From a virus (Duplodnaviria > Heunggongvirae > Uroviricota > Caudoviricetes): a stretch of 64,000 nt of DNA. The notes under the pieces were generated by a model, which searched no databases, was not told the origin of the DNA, and was given only the letters and a program-made list of their open reading frames with translations. The stretch lies in the IMG/VR virus record IMGVR_UViG_3300028833_000069. One strand, 5' to 3'. A program made the position numbers and the translations under genes. Shown here piece after piece: positions 18,288-27,908 of this stretch. Each line of letters begins with the position of its first letter. Within the stretch, counting starts at the first letter, position 1.

Positions 18288-18986
18288 ATGGCAGAGTTAA
18301 TTGCAATTGTAGGAAACTCTGGGTCAGGTAAATCAAGTTCTATAAGAACACTTGACCCAACTAGCACATTTATTATCAATGTTGCTGGTAAACCACTTCC
18401 TTTTAAAGGGTGGAAAACTAAATATCCATTCTTGAAAAAGAATGAAAATGGTCAACTTAGTGGTAATTTACACAATACATCTAATGTAGATGAGATTGAT
18501 ACTTTATTACAATATGTTGACAAACAAAGAAAAGATATTAAAGTTGTTGTATTAGAAGATTGTCAATATCTTATGGCATTTGAAGCAATGGAAAGAAGTC
18601 AGGAGAAATCTTATGACAAATTTGTACAAATTGCTTCTCATTTCTACAAAGTAATTGATAGAGCTAGAAAGATGAGAGATGATCTCAAAATCTTCATTTT
18701 AACACATGCTGAAAACATTGGTACTCCTGAGGCCCCATCTTACAAGATGAAGACTGTTGGAAAAATGCTTGATAACATGGTTACTCTTGAAGGTTTGTTT
18801 ACTTATGTATTTTATACAGCAATTGGTAAAGATGAAACAACTGGTGCTCCCAGTTATAAGCTTATCACCCAGTCTGATGGTACTACCACAGCCAAGACCC
18901 CTCTTGGATGTTTTGATGATATGCTGATAGATAATGATATGGATTATATTGTCAAGAAGATTGATGAATATAATACGGGTGAATAA
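18288..18986 (+). CDS. AAA-family ATPase (Sak4/AAA_24-like)
   Basis: GNSGSGKS Walker A; VVLED Walker B; KTPLGCF. Confidence 0.8.
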   Translation: MAELIAIVGNSGSGKSSSIRTLDPTSTFIINVAGKPLPFKGWKTKYPFLKKNENGQLSGNLHNTSNVDEIDTLLQYVDKQRKDIKVVVLEDCQYLMAFEAMERSQEKSYDKFVQIASHFYKVIDRARKMRDDLKIFILTHAENIGTPEAPSYKMKTVGKMLDNMVTLEGLFTYVFYTAIGKDETTGAPSYKLITQSDGTTTAKTPLGCFDDMLIDNDMDYIVKKIDEYNTGE

Positions 18987-19004
18987 TTAAAAGCTTTTTA
19001 ATTT

Positions 19005-19706
19005 ATGGTATTTAGTTTTAATTCTGTAGCTGGTATTAAGCCAACAAATGCCCCTGCTCCATTAGAGGGTAATAAAATTCATGCAGTAATATTTGAAGGT
19101 GTAGAATCTGTAGATGTTACTAGCACAAGTAATGGACAAACTTACAAACTGATGAGAATTAAATTCTCTAATAGTGAAGGACAGTTTGTAAAGACCTATT
19201 TTGAACCTGATGAAAAGGCTGATCAGCCAGTTATCAGTAAGACTTCTGTAGGTGATATTGTTAATCCTTCACCAAATGTTCAGATGCTTTATACTCTTAA
19301 ACAACTTCTTGCTATTGCAAATCCTGCATTTAATGAGAAGATTGATAGAGGAGAAGTAAATGACCTGAGCTCTTGGGATTCCTTAAGAGCTGCAATGGTA
19401 GCTGCTACTAAAGATTTTATTGGTCAAACTTGTCAAATCAAGTTAATCAAGAATTCTAAAGGTGAAGCTATCCTTCCTGGTACAGTTGTTAACTTTAACA
19501 AGGAAAATCAACTGTATCCTGCTTCTACTGTAATTGGTAAGAATCTTACCTGGACTAAGAAGGAGAAAGAAAGAATTGAAAGAGAGGCATCGGCACAACC
19601 TACTCCAGTAGGGATGCCTTCTGATAGTCCTTTAGCAGGTGTTGCTACTGATCCTGTAGCAGAAGAACCTGTTCCAGAGACTAATTTTAATATGAACTTT
19701 CTCTAA
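19005..19706 (+). CDS. putative single-stranded DNA-binding protein
   Basis: Located between the AAA ATPase and primase; beta-rich core with an acidic flexible tail ending NFNMNFL. Confidence 0.5.
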   Translation: MVFSFNSVAGIKPTNAPAPLEGNKIHAVIFEGVESVDVTSTSNGQTYKLMRIKFSNSEGQFVKTYFEPDEKADQPVISKTSVGDIVNPSPNVQMLYTLKQLLAIANPAFNEKIDRGEVNDLSSWDSLRAAMVAATKDFIGQTCQIKLIKNSKGEAILPGTVVNFNKENQLYPASTVIGKNLTWTKKEKERIEREASAQPTPVGMPSDSPLAGVATDPVAEEPVPETNFNMNFL

Positions 19707-19709
19707 GGT

Positions 19710-20735
19710 ATGACATTTACTATTCCAAAAACAGTAAAGAAAGTTACTAGAGAGTTTCTTTTGGAACACAACACAGAAGAAACCTATATGCAAACTTATC
19801 TTGGTGTTCCTGTTAAAAAAGGCTTATTTATAAGTCCAATTAGACATGATAAAAGACCAACTGCTTCTTTCTTTAGAAGTAGAGATGGGGCTTTACTGTT
19901 TCATGATTTTGGAATAGGTTTTAAAGCAGACTTTGTAGGAGTGGTTAGACAATTGTTTAACCTCTCTTACAATCAAGCTTTAAATAAAATAGCTTCTGAT
20001 TTTGGACTTAACAATGGACAGGAGCAATGCATACCTAAAATTAAAGTTAGTGTATGTGAGGAAACAATTACTGCACACGAAGCAGCACAAATCCAAATAG
20101 AAATGCAAGATTTTACACAAAAAGAATTAGATTGGTGGGCATCTTATGGTGTTACACCAGAAACTTTGAGAAAGTACAGAGTTTATTCTTGTAAAAATGT
20201 ATTTCTAAATGGTAATTACTTTACTAGTAGCACACCAACTAGTCCAGCATTTGGCTATTTTGGTGGTCTAAAAGAAGGTAATGAAATCTGGAAAATTTAT
20301 TTTCCTAAAAGAAAAATGTATAGATTTATTAGTAATTGGAATGGTACAATGCTACAGGGAAGTCAGCACCTTCCTAAAAGTGGTAATTTCCTAGTTATTA
20401 CTAAATCTATGAAAGATGTTATGGCTCTCCATGAATTTGGTATACCAGCTATAGCACCTGGCAGTGAAACATCTTTTGTTACTAATCAACAACTAGACCG
20501 TTTAAAAAGTAGATTTAAGGAAATTATTGTTTTCTATGATAATGATTTACCAGGCATTATGGGAATGAGAAAAATCAAGAAACAACATCCTGAATTAAAA
20601 TTTGTATGGATTCCTAGAAGTTATGGTGCAAAAGATTTCTCTGACTTATATAAAAAATTTGGAAAGGATGTCGTGAGAGATATGCTAATCCAATTTACAA
20701 AAAGATATAGCAATGGATGCAAAGACATTAAATGA
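19710..20735 (+). CDS. DNA primase
   Basis: Cys-less zinc-finger-like SPIRHDKRPTASF...FHDFG; Toprim ITKSMKD, YDNDLPG, KDFSD. Confidence 0.85.
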   Translation: MTFTIPKTVKKVTREFLLEHNTEETYMQTYLGVPVKKGLFISPIRHDKRPTASFFRSRDGALLFHDFGIGFKADFVGVVRQLFNLSYNQALNKIASDFGLNNGQEQCIPKIKVSVCEETITAHEAAQIQIEMQDFTQKELDWWASYGVTPETLRKYRVYSCKNVFLNGNYFTSSTPTSPAFGYFGGLKEGNEIWKIYFPKRKMYRFISNWNGTMLQGSQHLPKSGNFLVITKSMKDVMALHEFGIPAIAPGSETSFVTNQQLDRLKSRFKEIIVFYDNDLPGIMGMRKIKKQHPELKFVWIPRSYGAKDFSDLYKKFGKDVVRDMLIQFTKRYSNGCKDIK

Positions 20736-21054
20736 TAACTTTTTTTCAACTGGGAGACTCCTTTCTGGTAAACTGGAAGATAAGCTTGAAATATTGAGAG
20801 CAGTATGTTTCTTAACTTTTATGATAAATAAACAGTTTAAGAATAACTTTACAGCTCTTGATGTTTTAGAGAAAGTAGTATATAAGAAAAAATTGATTGA
20901 TACAAATGGATTTGATGCTTTTCTTATTACTATTGGAATCATAAGTCAAGACCTGCTTTATGGCTGTGAAGATGTTCCAAATCCAGGTTATTCAAATACA
21001 GAAGAGTGTTGTAGAAAAATACAGCAGCTGTGTTTACAGTGGGCTCCCTTTTAA
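20713..21054 (+). CDS. hypothetical protein
   Basis: 113-aa ORF overlapping the primase stop. Confidence 0.65.
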   Translation: MDAKTLNDNFFSTGRLLSGKLEDKLEILRAVCFLTFMINKQFKNNFTALDVLEKVVYKKKLIDTNGFDAFLITIGIISQDLLYGCEDVPNPGYSNTEECCRKIQQLCLQWAPF

Positions 21055-21060
21055 TGAAGT

Positions 21061-21651
21061 ATGAAACAGCTTAAAGTATCTCAAAGAAGAGGGTACTCTG
21101 CTGAACATGCATTTGAAGACCTTAATTTTAATGTTTTAGATCCTCTTATTAAAGGAGCTAATTCAACAAGGTCTTGGATAAGGGCAGGCAAACCTGTTCC
21201 TGGGAGTGATGATTTTTTGGATTGGGCAGAAGCTCAGTTAGCATTCAAAACCAGAGGTCAAGTTGGATATGGTTGTTATATTGTAATTGATAAATATATG
21301 AAAGATGTAAGGATTAGACCTTATGCTGTTTATGAAGTACATAATAATGATCATAGAAGATGGAAAACTGTACATCAGGTTAGAACCGATGATTTTGAAA
21401 TTGTCTCCAATGATGAAAAGACATTGGAAGCTGTTACTATAAATAGTATCGGCAAAGTTATAGGTGAGTATGACACAAAATCAGAAGCAATGGTAGCTGC
21501 AAAAAGGTATATTGCTGAAAACAAGAAGAATTGTTCTATTGTTAGAGTAAAGATTACTGATGAAGCACCAATAGAAGCTTATTGTGTTTATAAACCTTCT
21601 TCAAATGCTAAGATAGGAACTTTTGTTGCTTTTGGATATGTCGATGAGTGA
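21061..21651 (+). CDS. hypothetical protein
   Basis: 196-aa ORF. Confidence 0.75.
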   Translation: MKQLKVSQRRGYSAEHAFEDLNFNVLDPLIKGANSTRSWIRAGKPVPGSDDFLDWAEAQLAFKTRGQVGYGCYIVIDKYMKDVRIRPYAVYEVHNNDHRRWKTVHQVRTDDFEIVSNDEKTLEAVTINSIGKVIGEYDTKSEAMVAAKRYIAENKKNCSIVRVKITDEAPIEAYCVYKPSSNAKIGTFVAFGYVDE

Positions 21652-21922
21652 AGATAAAGATATGGTTATTAAGCCAGAACATTATAATCAAAATGGATTA
21701 CAAGCCATTGATGTAATGTTGGCTTTTAATGGCAAAGAAAGTGTTAAAGAACACTGTGCCAATACTGCATTAAAATATCTTCTAAGAAGAACCCATAAAT
21801 TTAATTCCTCAGAAGATATTCATAAGTGCATATGGTACCTATTAAAGTACCTACAAATTGAATGTGGCAATGAAGATGTTGTCACATTTGTTCAAGGCTT
21901 TTTACAAAGTCAAATTCATTAA
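21623..21922 (+). CDS. DUF3310 (SaV-like) protein; true start probably a downstream Met
   Basis: PEHYNQNGLQAID, ALKYLLR, EDIHKCIWYL. Confidence 0.85.
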   Translation: MLLLDMSMSEDKDMVIKPEHYNQNGLQAIDVMLAFNGKESVKEHCANTALKYLLRRTHKFNSSEDIHKCIWYLLKYLQIECGNEDVVTFVQGFLQSQIH

Positions 21923-21945
21923 CAAACTTTAAATTATTTAGAATT

Positions 21946-22551
21946 ATGGAAGTAAGAAATGTGATTATCGTAAGTAATGCAGCTAACAGAAGATATACCC
22001 TCCAGACTGGTGCAGAGACTCTTGGTCAATTGAAGGCTGATATGAGAGAGGCTCATATTGATTATGATGGTATGACCTTTATGGAAGGTCTGACTAAGAC
22101 TGAACTTCTCCAAGATAGCAGCTTGCTGCCTAGAGATGTTGTTAGAGGTGAGGGTACTACTAATGAGTTAGTATTCTTGTTGACTGTTGCTAACAAGAAG
22201 ATTAAATCTGGTGCTGATTATGCTTCTCTTAGAGCAACTGTTGGTGCTAGTAGAGAAATGAAGGAGTATATCCAGAAGAATTATGGTAGAAACTACACCA
22301 ATGTTGGTGCTAGTGTTCTTGAAGCAGTTGTTGCTCATTTTGCAAAGAAGGCACAACCTGCTGTTGCTGCTACTGGTGCTTGCACTAGTGCAACTGCTGT
22401 AAAGAAGTTGGCTGATGCTTTGAAGCATAATGGTTATCTGACCACTTCTCAGTATAATGATGTAGTAGCTTCTTTGTCTGCTGCTCCTGCTGATGAGAAG
22501 ATTGGTTCTTATACCAAGTCTGAAATTGATGCTATTGTAAATAGCCTCTAA
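21946..22551 (+). CDS. ubiquitin-like (beta-grasp) protein precursor with a C-terminal extension after Gly89
   Basis: Residues 1-89 follow the Ub pattern (VIIVS / RYTLQ / TLGQLKADM helix / LLQDSSLLP / LVFLLT) and end KKIKSG; directly upstream of E2, JAB and E1 genes. Confidence 0.62.
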   Translation: MEVRNVIIVSNAANRRYTLQTGAETLGQLKADMREAHIDYDGMTFMEGLTKTELLQDSSLLPRDVVRGEGTTNELVFLLTVANKKIKSGADYASLRATVGASREMKEYIQKNYGRNYTNVGASVLEAVVAHFAKKAQPAVAATGACTSATAVKKLADALKHNGYLTTSQYNDVVASLSAAPADEKIGSYTKSEIDAIVNSL

Positions 22552-22561
22552 AAATTAACAT

Positions 22562-22602
22562 GGTTAGGAGGGAGAAATCTCTCCTAACCCTTTTTATTTT
22601 TT
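22562..22602 (+). terminator. strong intrinsic terminator between the Ubl and E2 genes
   Basis: 12-bp stem GGTTAGGAGGGA/TCTCTCCTAACC with a GAAA tetraloop, then CTTTTTATTTTTT. Confidence 0.85.
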
Positions 22603-22611
22603 CTAATCTAT

Positions 22612-23967
22612 ATGACAAACTTAAAACGGTTAGAAAAGGAATTCATACTTCCTTATCTAAAAAAATCTGATGAACAAGTAAATAAAGTATATCAGGTTTT
22701 TCAAGACTATTTTGGTAAAGATAAGGTTGATTTACAAATGAATTACAAGTATGGGGCAAGTGATGAGGCTGCATTGGTAAAGAGAAACACTGATGATGAT
22801 AGAGCAGTACTTGCAAGAAAAAGTTTATTTCATAATAGAGGACCTGCTAATTTTAATTTTAATGTAAGAGATTGTTCTGTTAGTAGATTTGACAGTCTTA
22901 GCTCTTCTTTAGTAGAAAAATACTTTGAAGAGTTTTTAAAATTAGATAAAGATACAATAAATGCAAAGATAGAATTAACAATGCGTGATTTACCTTTGTA
23001 TGCAATCATTGTACATTTCCCAACAGTTGTAATTAGAAATGAGCATGATAAAACTCATGAAACAAGTCATTTCTATATTAAAATTGAATTGTTAAGTTCT
23101 GGAAAAATGTATAGTGGTTTTCTTGTTAAAAGATCCCATTTTACAAAAAATGAACTAGAAGTAGGATATATGCATTCTCACTGTCCAAGTGGTTCTTGTA
23201 ATCCTACACAAATGTGGTCTCATAGTTGTCTTGGTTCAGGTCCAATACAAAGAACAGAAGCAAGATTAAATAGTAACTGTGATTTGGATATGTGGATGTT
23301 GTTTTGTAATGAACTTGAAAGATATATCCAAGTAGAATCATTGGATGGTGGACCATACATCAGAATGTCTTCTATTCCAGAAACAACTAGTACAGGTAAT
23401 TCATTGTATAATTACCAAAATGCAAAAGATGTAAAAGCTGATACAAATAAAAGTCTTTATAGAGGAATGAGAAATGATATATATCCCAGACTGATTAAGC
23501 CTTTTATTGAACAGTATGTTGCTTCTTTTAATTTACCATTTAGAAGAGTTGACAATGTTATTAAACCAGCATTTACTTATGATGAGTTTTTAATTAACAT
23601 AAGTCAAGCTCTTATTACTTATCTTAATGGGCTTCCTATAAACCAAGTTGATGTTTCCTATATAAAAGATAATATCCTTGTTGAGGCCGCAATGGTCAAT
23701 GAGGTTATAAATCTAGTTAATCAAAACAGAAGTAATAGAAATAACTGGAGAAGTTATGAAAGATATATAGGATATGAAATTGGAGTTTTTCATGGAGAAC
23801 CCATTACTTTTCAAATAGTAGATAATGTACAAGTTCAAGAAAGAAATAATCATTTTAGGATACTTCATCCAAAATATGCATTACCAATTCTTCAACTTAT
23901 TATAGATTTATTAAATAGCGAGTATGGCAGAAACACTCAAACTAATCAAACAAGACTCTACATATAA
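22612..23967 (+). CDS. prokaryotic E2/UBC-like protein
   Basis: IIVHFP...FYIKIEL strands; MHSH...SCLG equivalent to the E2 HPN...CL flap (putative catalytic Cys206); ESLDGGPY; operon context. Confidence 0.65.
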   Translation: MTNLKRLEKEFILPYLKKSDEQVNKVYQVFQDYFGKDKVDLQMNYKYGASDEAALVKRNTDDDRAVLARKSLFHNRGPANFNFNVRDCSVSRFDSLSSSLVEKYFEEFLKLDKDTINAKIELTMRDLPLYAIIVHFPTVVIRNEHDKTHETSHFYIKIELLSSGKMYSGFLVKRSHFTKNELEVGYMHSHCPSGSCNPTQMWSHSCLGSGPIQRTEARLNSNCDLDMWMLFCNELERYIQVESLDGGPYIRMSSIPETTSTGNSLYNYQNAKDVKADTNKSLYRGMRNDIYPRLIKPFIEQYVASFNLPFRRVDNVIKPAFTYDEFLINISQALITYLNGLPINQVDVSYIKDNILVEAAMVNEVINLVNQNRSNRNNWRSYERYIGYEIGVFHGEPITFQIVDNVQVQERNNHFRILHPKYALPILQLIIDLLNSEYGRNTQTNQTRLYI

Positions 23968-26602
23968 AATTGTAATTCCTGAAAATGTAGAGGAAAAGAT
24001 AAGATTTCTTTGTGCACAAGTGCATGAAGTAGAATGGTCAGGAATATTGTTCTACAAAAAGTCTGGAACAATGGAAGATGGTAGTTTAGTAATCACATGT
24101 ACTGATATATTCCCAATGGATATTGGTACAGGCACTTATACAGAATTTGATAATTCACCAGATGCTGTAAGTTACATGTGTGATCATCCTGAATTACTTG
24201 CTCCAGATGTTTATAATGGACTCATCCATTAAGTGTGAGTGGATGTAAAACTGGGTGAACTGCTGGAAACTCCTTGATAAGGGACAATCAGCAACCAAGC
24301 CTTGAGTACACTCAAGGAAGGCTCAACGACTACCTGAGCAGTAAAGTCTGCTTAATAACAGGAAGTAGGTATAAGTAGTGTTATACTGAAAAAGTGCCCA
24401 GCTCCTCATTGTGAGGATGATGATATAGTCTAAACAACTTTATATTTATCATAACAAGGAAGATTTATTCTTTGTAAAAACTTATTATATTTTCTTTCAT
24501 AAAAGAAAGGAAGATTATCATAGCATTTAAATAATCTTACAACATCTTTTTTATTAGCAAAAGTTAATCTTGGTATTGAGTCATAACTTTTTATATGACT
24601 TTCAGAAATATTAAGATGTTTACATACACCTTTTAAAAATTCAGTTGTACCTCTAAAAGAAATATATAAGGAATAATCTGCTGTTAAATATCCGTTTTGA
24701 TTTTGCTTTAACCTATCATCAATTGATACTGAACCATCCCCATCAAAGTATCCAATGATAAAAGCATCTCTATATTGAACTGGAATATTTTCTAGTATAT
24801 TTCCCATTGTTAAACTTTTATTAAATCCAATGCCATATTTCATTATGGATTCAGCTAAAATTGGACTAGATAAAGTATACCTTATATGATGTACTTCTTT
24901 GCCAAAAGGAGAGGTTCTTCTGATTTCTTGTAATTTGTGTGTATTTCCTATTTCAGATTTTATAAATTCTAATACTGCTTTATCTTCATATTTAATTGTA
25001 ATTGTTAAGGTAATTGTAGTGTTAGTTTTTATAAGTGCTCCATCTGCTGCAATAAAGCCTAATATATAAGCTTTTGCATAAGAGTCTATATTATCAAAGT
25101 AATGTAGATTTCCTCTATGTGGATGACATTCATACTCTGGAAATTTAGCTTTTACTAAATTCATAACAGCTTGCTGATATTCTCCAAGAATATTTGCAAT
25201 TTGTGTAAGATTATAACCTTCTTTTAATAATCTTCCAATTTCTTCAGTTTTAGATTCTAATTTTAATTTTTGCATAACATATTATATTTTTAAATTATAT
25301 GCAAAATTACTACAAATTAATATTTAAAAAAAGAAGAAAGTATAAAAAGTAATTTAAGAAGTTGATAGTCCAATGAGAGGTCTAATCTCATTTGGATTTG
25401 TAATGTCACATAACAATATGGCAACATTCTTTAGTGGAACTGATACATCCACCCTTCTTGAAGAAGGAAAAGATAGAAATCATTTTGTATCCCTTATTGT
25501 AAATAATGCTGGTACATATACAGCAGCAATTACAAGAAAGGCTGTTAAGGATTTGACAATTAGTGGTACTCTTAAATATAAGAGTTTTGATGATACTGAG
25601 ATTGAACTTGGTGAACTTGAACCAGTTAAAACTCAATCCACTGTTGTGGAATATTTTATGCTTGAAGTAGAGAAGCATGATGCCCAAGTAAGTTTGAAGA
25701 AAGAACTTGAAGATGCATTTTCTTCCACATTTGAAGTCCTCAAAACAAAAGTTCCTGCTGATAATGCTAAACAAATTAGAAGTAATTTTGTAGAAAGCGT
25801 TGTTAACAGTCTTATTAGAGATGTAACTGATATTAAATTTGAGGAAACTAAGAAGAGATTGGATGATATTAGGGAATCTAAAAAGAAGAAGGTAACTTCT
25901 CCTTATGGTAATTATCCTTTTACAGGAGCTTATCCTAATTCTTATCCATCTACTCAAAGAACACCTGCTGTTGGTGGTGGTTATGCTGGTGCTACTAGCC
26001 CTAGCAACTTTGCAAGAAGTAAATCACAAATTTACATACCTGGTAAAGGTTGGTGTGACAAAGATACTGAAGAAGTAATAACCCCAACCAGTCAGTTACT
26101 TAATAAAGGTTACACTCCTAAAGTTGTACATTCAGAACCGCTTGGGCCCTCTGAACCTGGTGAACTCAATTTAGATTGGGAAGATGCTGGTTCTGCTTGG
26201 GCCCATTGCAGGCAAGAAATGACAGAGGAAGGTGTCAAGAGCTCTGAAAAAACAGAGAAAGAAATTAAAGAAAAGATACAGGAACTAACTGATAGTGCAC
26301 TGTATTATTTGTTAACTGGAGATATAGACTGTCCAAATGTAATTTGTGATTATGATAGTTGGGCAGCACAAACTGGATATATATATTCTAGACAGTTTAA
26401 AACTTTGGATGATTTTAAGAGATTTGCAGATATGCAAGTTGATTATATCTATGAAGTTGCAAATGATAAACTGGATGGTTTAACTGATGATATTTCTAAT
26501 GACTCTGAAGCATTTATGCAAACAGTTGCGGATGAGTTAAAGAAACTTCCTCAGAATGTATATATTAAGCATTATATATCTCAAATAGAAAGATTAGCTT
26601 AA
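23924..26602 (+). CDS. JAB/MPN+ metallo-isopeptidase, spliced: join(23924..24229,25406..26602), 500 aa
   Basis: Splicing restores GLIH|SHNNMATFFSGTD = HxH-x7-S-x2-D JAMM motif; upstream EWSGILFY supplies the Glu. Confidence 0.88.
24430..25275 (-). CDS. double-motif LAGLIDADG homing endonuclease with an N-terminal HTH, antisense within the intron P9 region
   Basis: YILGFIAADG and FIIGYFDGDG; LTQIANILG HTH; stop is TAG. Confidence 0.9.
   Translation of the reverse strand: MQKLKLESKTEEIGRLLKEGYNLTQIANILGEYQQAVMNLVKAKFPEYECHPHRGNLHYFDNIDSYAKAYILGFIAADGALIKTNTTITLTITIKYEDKAVLEFIKSEIGNTHKLQEIRRTSPFGKEVHHIRYTLSSPILAESIMKYGIGFNKSLTMGNILENIPVQYRDAFIIGYFDGDGSVSIDDRLKQNQNGYLTADYSLYISFRGTTEFLKGVCKHLNISESHIKSYDSIPRLTFANKKDVVRLFKCYDNLPFFYERKYNKFLQRINLPCYDKYKVV
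25300..25309 (-). promoter_or_regulatory. putative Bacteroidetes -7 promoter element for the antisense endonuclease
   Basis: Minus-strand TAATTTTGCA matches TAnnTTTG, ~25 nt upstream of the ATG; no clear -33 TTTG. Confidence 0.5.
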
Positions 26603-26603
26603 T

Positions 26604-27908
26604 ATGGAAGAAATAGATGCTACTTTACTAAGTGTAGAAGATATTATTAACCTATATCCAGAAGCTGAATTACCTGCTATTGTAGAAGCACATAATGCTG
26701 CACAGTCTGTACAAACCGTACAGGCTGTAGCAGCTGATGCTGCTGGTCCTGCTAGTTCTAGTGAAAATAATACTGCTGATCCACAGGTTGCAGGTATACT
26801 TCAAGAAATTAGAGAAGCTTTGAGTGAAAACCCATCTCATGTAGAAACTCCTTCTAGTGATACTGTTGAAACTACCCAAAATGCTGCTAGACGAACTCAT
26901 AGAAGAAGAGGAGCAGCAACTACAACTGAAACAGTTCCAGAAACAACACAAGTAGTTTCTTTACCACAAGAAATTGCAGAAGCAGCTATTGCTTCAGGTG
27001 AGGTTGCAAATGCAGTAATGGATCTTAATGCAACTATTGAAGAAACATTAGAAAATAATAATACTTCTGAAGATAATGCAGGTGGTGTTGTAGGTGGTAT
27101 TGTAAATGATGCAGCTCAAACTGTAGAACAACCTCATACACCACAAGTTACTGTTGAAGAGCAACATAACACTTTTGACAATATTTCTGGTGACAATATT
27201 GCAACAGATATTGGTAGTAGATTTAGTGGTGCTGCATGGTTTGAAGCTATGCAAAATACTAAAATTATTGTAGCAGGTTGTGGTGGTATAGGTAGTTGGT
27301 TTACTTTATTAGCTGCAAGAGCTAACCCTGAAAGTATTCAACTGTTTGATGCAGATAATGTTGAATCTGCAAATCTTAGTGGTCAATTATTTGGACTAGA
27401 ACATGTAGGAATGAACAAAGCAAATGCTTTAGCAAGTATTGTTCAAAATTATTGTAACTATAACAGAATAGAAGTATTTAATATATTCTATACTGGTAGA
27501 ACAAGACAAGTTGGTCCTATAATGGTTTGTGGTTTTGATAATATGGCTGCTAGAAAGGTATATTTCAATAAGTGGAAAGAGTATGCTCAATTCCATACTA
27601 ATGAAAGATGCCTTTATATTGATGGTCGTTTGAATGCAGAACAATTTCAAGTGTTCTGTATAACAGGTGATAGACCTGATCTTATGGCTAAATATGAAGA
27701 AGATTGGTTGTTTGATGATTCAGAAGCAGATGGAGTACTTTGTTCTTACAAACAAACTTCATATTGTGCTGCTATGATTGGTGGAATGATGAACAATCTT
27801 CTTGTAAACTTTATCTTTAATGGTGGCAATAATATCTTGTATCCTAGAGATTTGCCATTCTTAACAGTATATGAAGCTGATCAATTATTCTTGAGAACTA
27901 GAGTATGA
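26604..27908 (+). CDS. ThiF/E1-like activating enzyme with a ~195-aa low-complexity N-terminal extension
   Basis: IVAGCGGIGS, DADNVESANLSGQ, GFDNMAAR, IDGRL; candidate catalytic Cys in LCSYKQT. Confidence 0.9.
   Translation: MEEIDATLLSVEDIINLYPEAELPAIVEAHNAAQSVQTVQAVAADAAGPASSSENNTADPQVAGILQEIREALSENPSHVETPSSDTVETTQNAARRTHRRRGAATTTETVPETTQVVSLPQEIAEAAIASGEVANAVMDLNATIEETLENNNTSEDNAGGVVGGIVNDAAQTVEQPHTPQVTVEEQHNTFDNISGDNIATDIGSRFSGAAWFEAMQNTKIIVAGCGGIGSWFTLLAARANPESIQLFDADNVESANLSGQLFGLEHVGMNKANALASIVQNYCNYNRIEVFNIFYTGRTRQVGPIMVCGFDNMAARKVYFNKWKEYAQFHTNERCLYIDGRLNAEQFQVFCITGDRPDLMAKYEEDWLFDDSEADGVLCSYKQTSYCAAMIGGMMNNLLVNFIFNGGNNILYPRDLPFLTVYEADQLFLRTRV

Larger units (their letters stand above)
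24230..25405 (+). mobile_element. group I intron (IA2-like) in the JAB gene
   Basis: 5' exon ends in U, intron ends in G; P1 ATCCAT/GTGGAT with U-G at the splice site; P10 TGTGA/TCACA; P3 CTGGGT/GCCCAG; P7 GACTA (24328-32)/TAGTC (24426-30); P/Q/R/S-like words GAACTGCTGGAAA, AATCAGCA, TCAACGACTA, GATATAGTC. Confidence 0.93.

Noticed and set aside
25373-25405. ORF-track start MRGLISFGFVM as an independent gene (likewise ATG 44531 and the KLLLVSLKCVNCWEA tail at 45404-45451)
   Set aside because: These codons are intron sequence (P9/terminal G, or P1-P4); splicing restores the catalytic motifs
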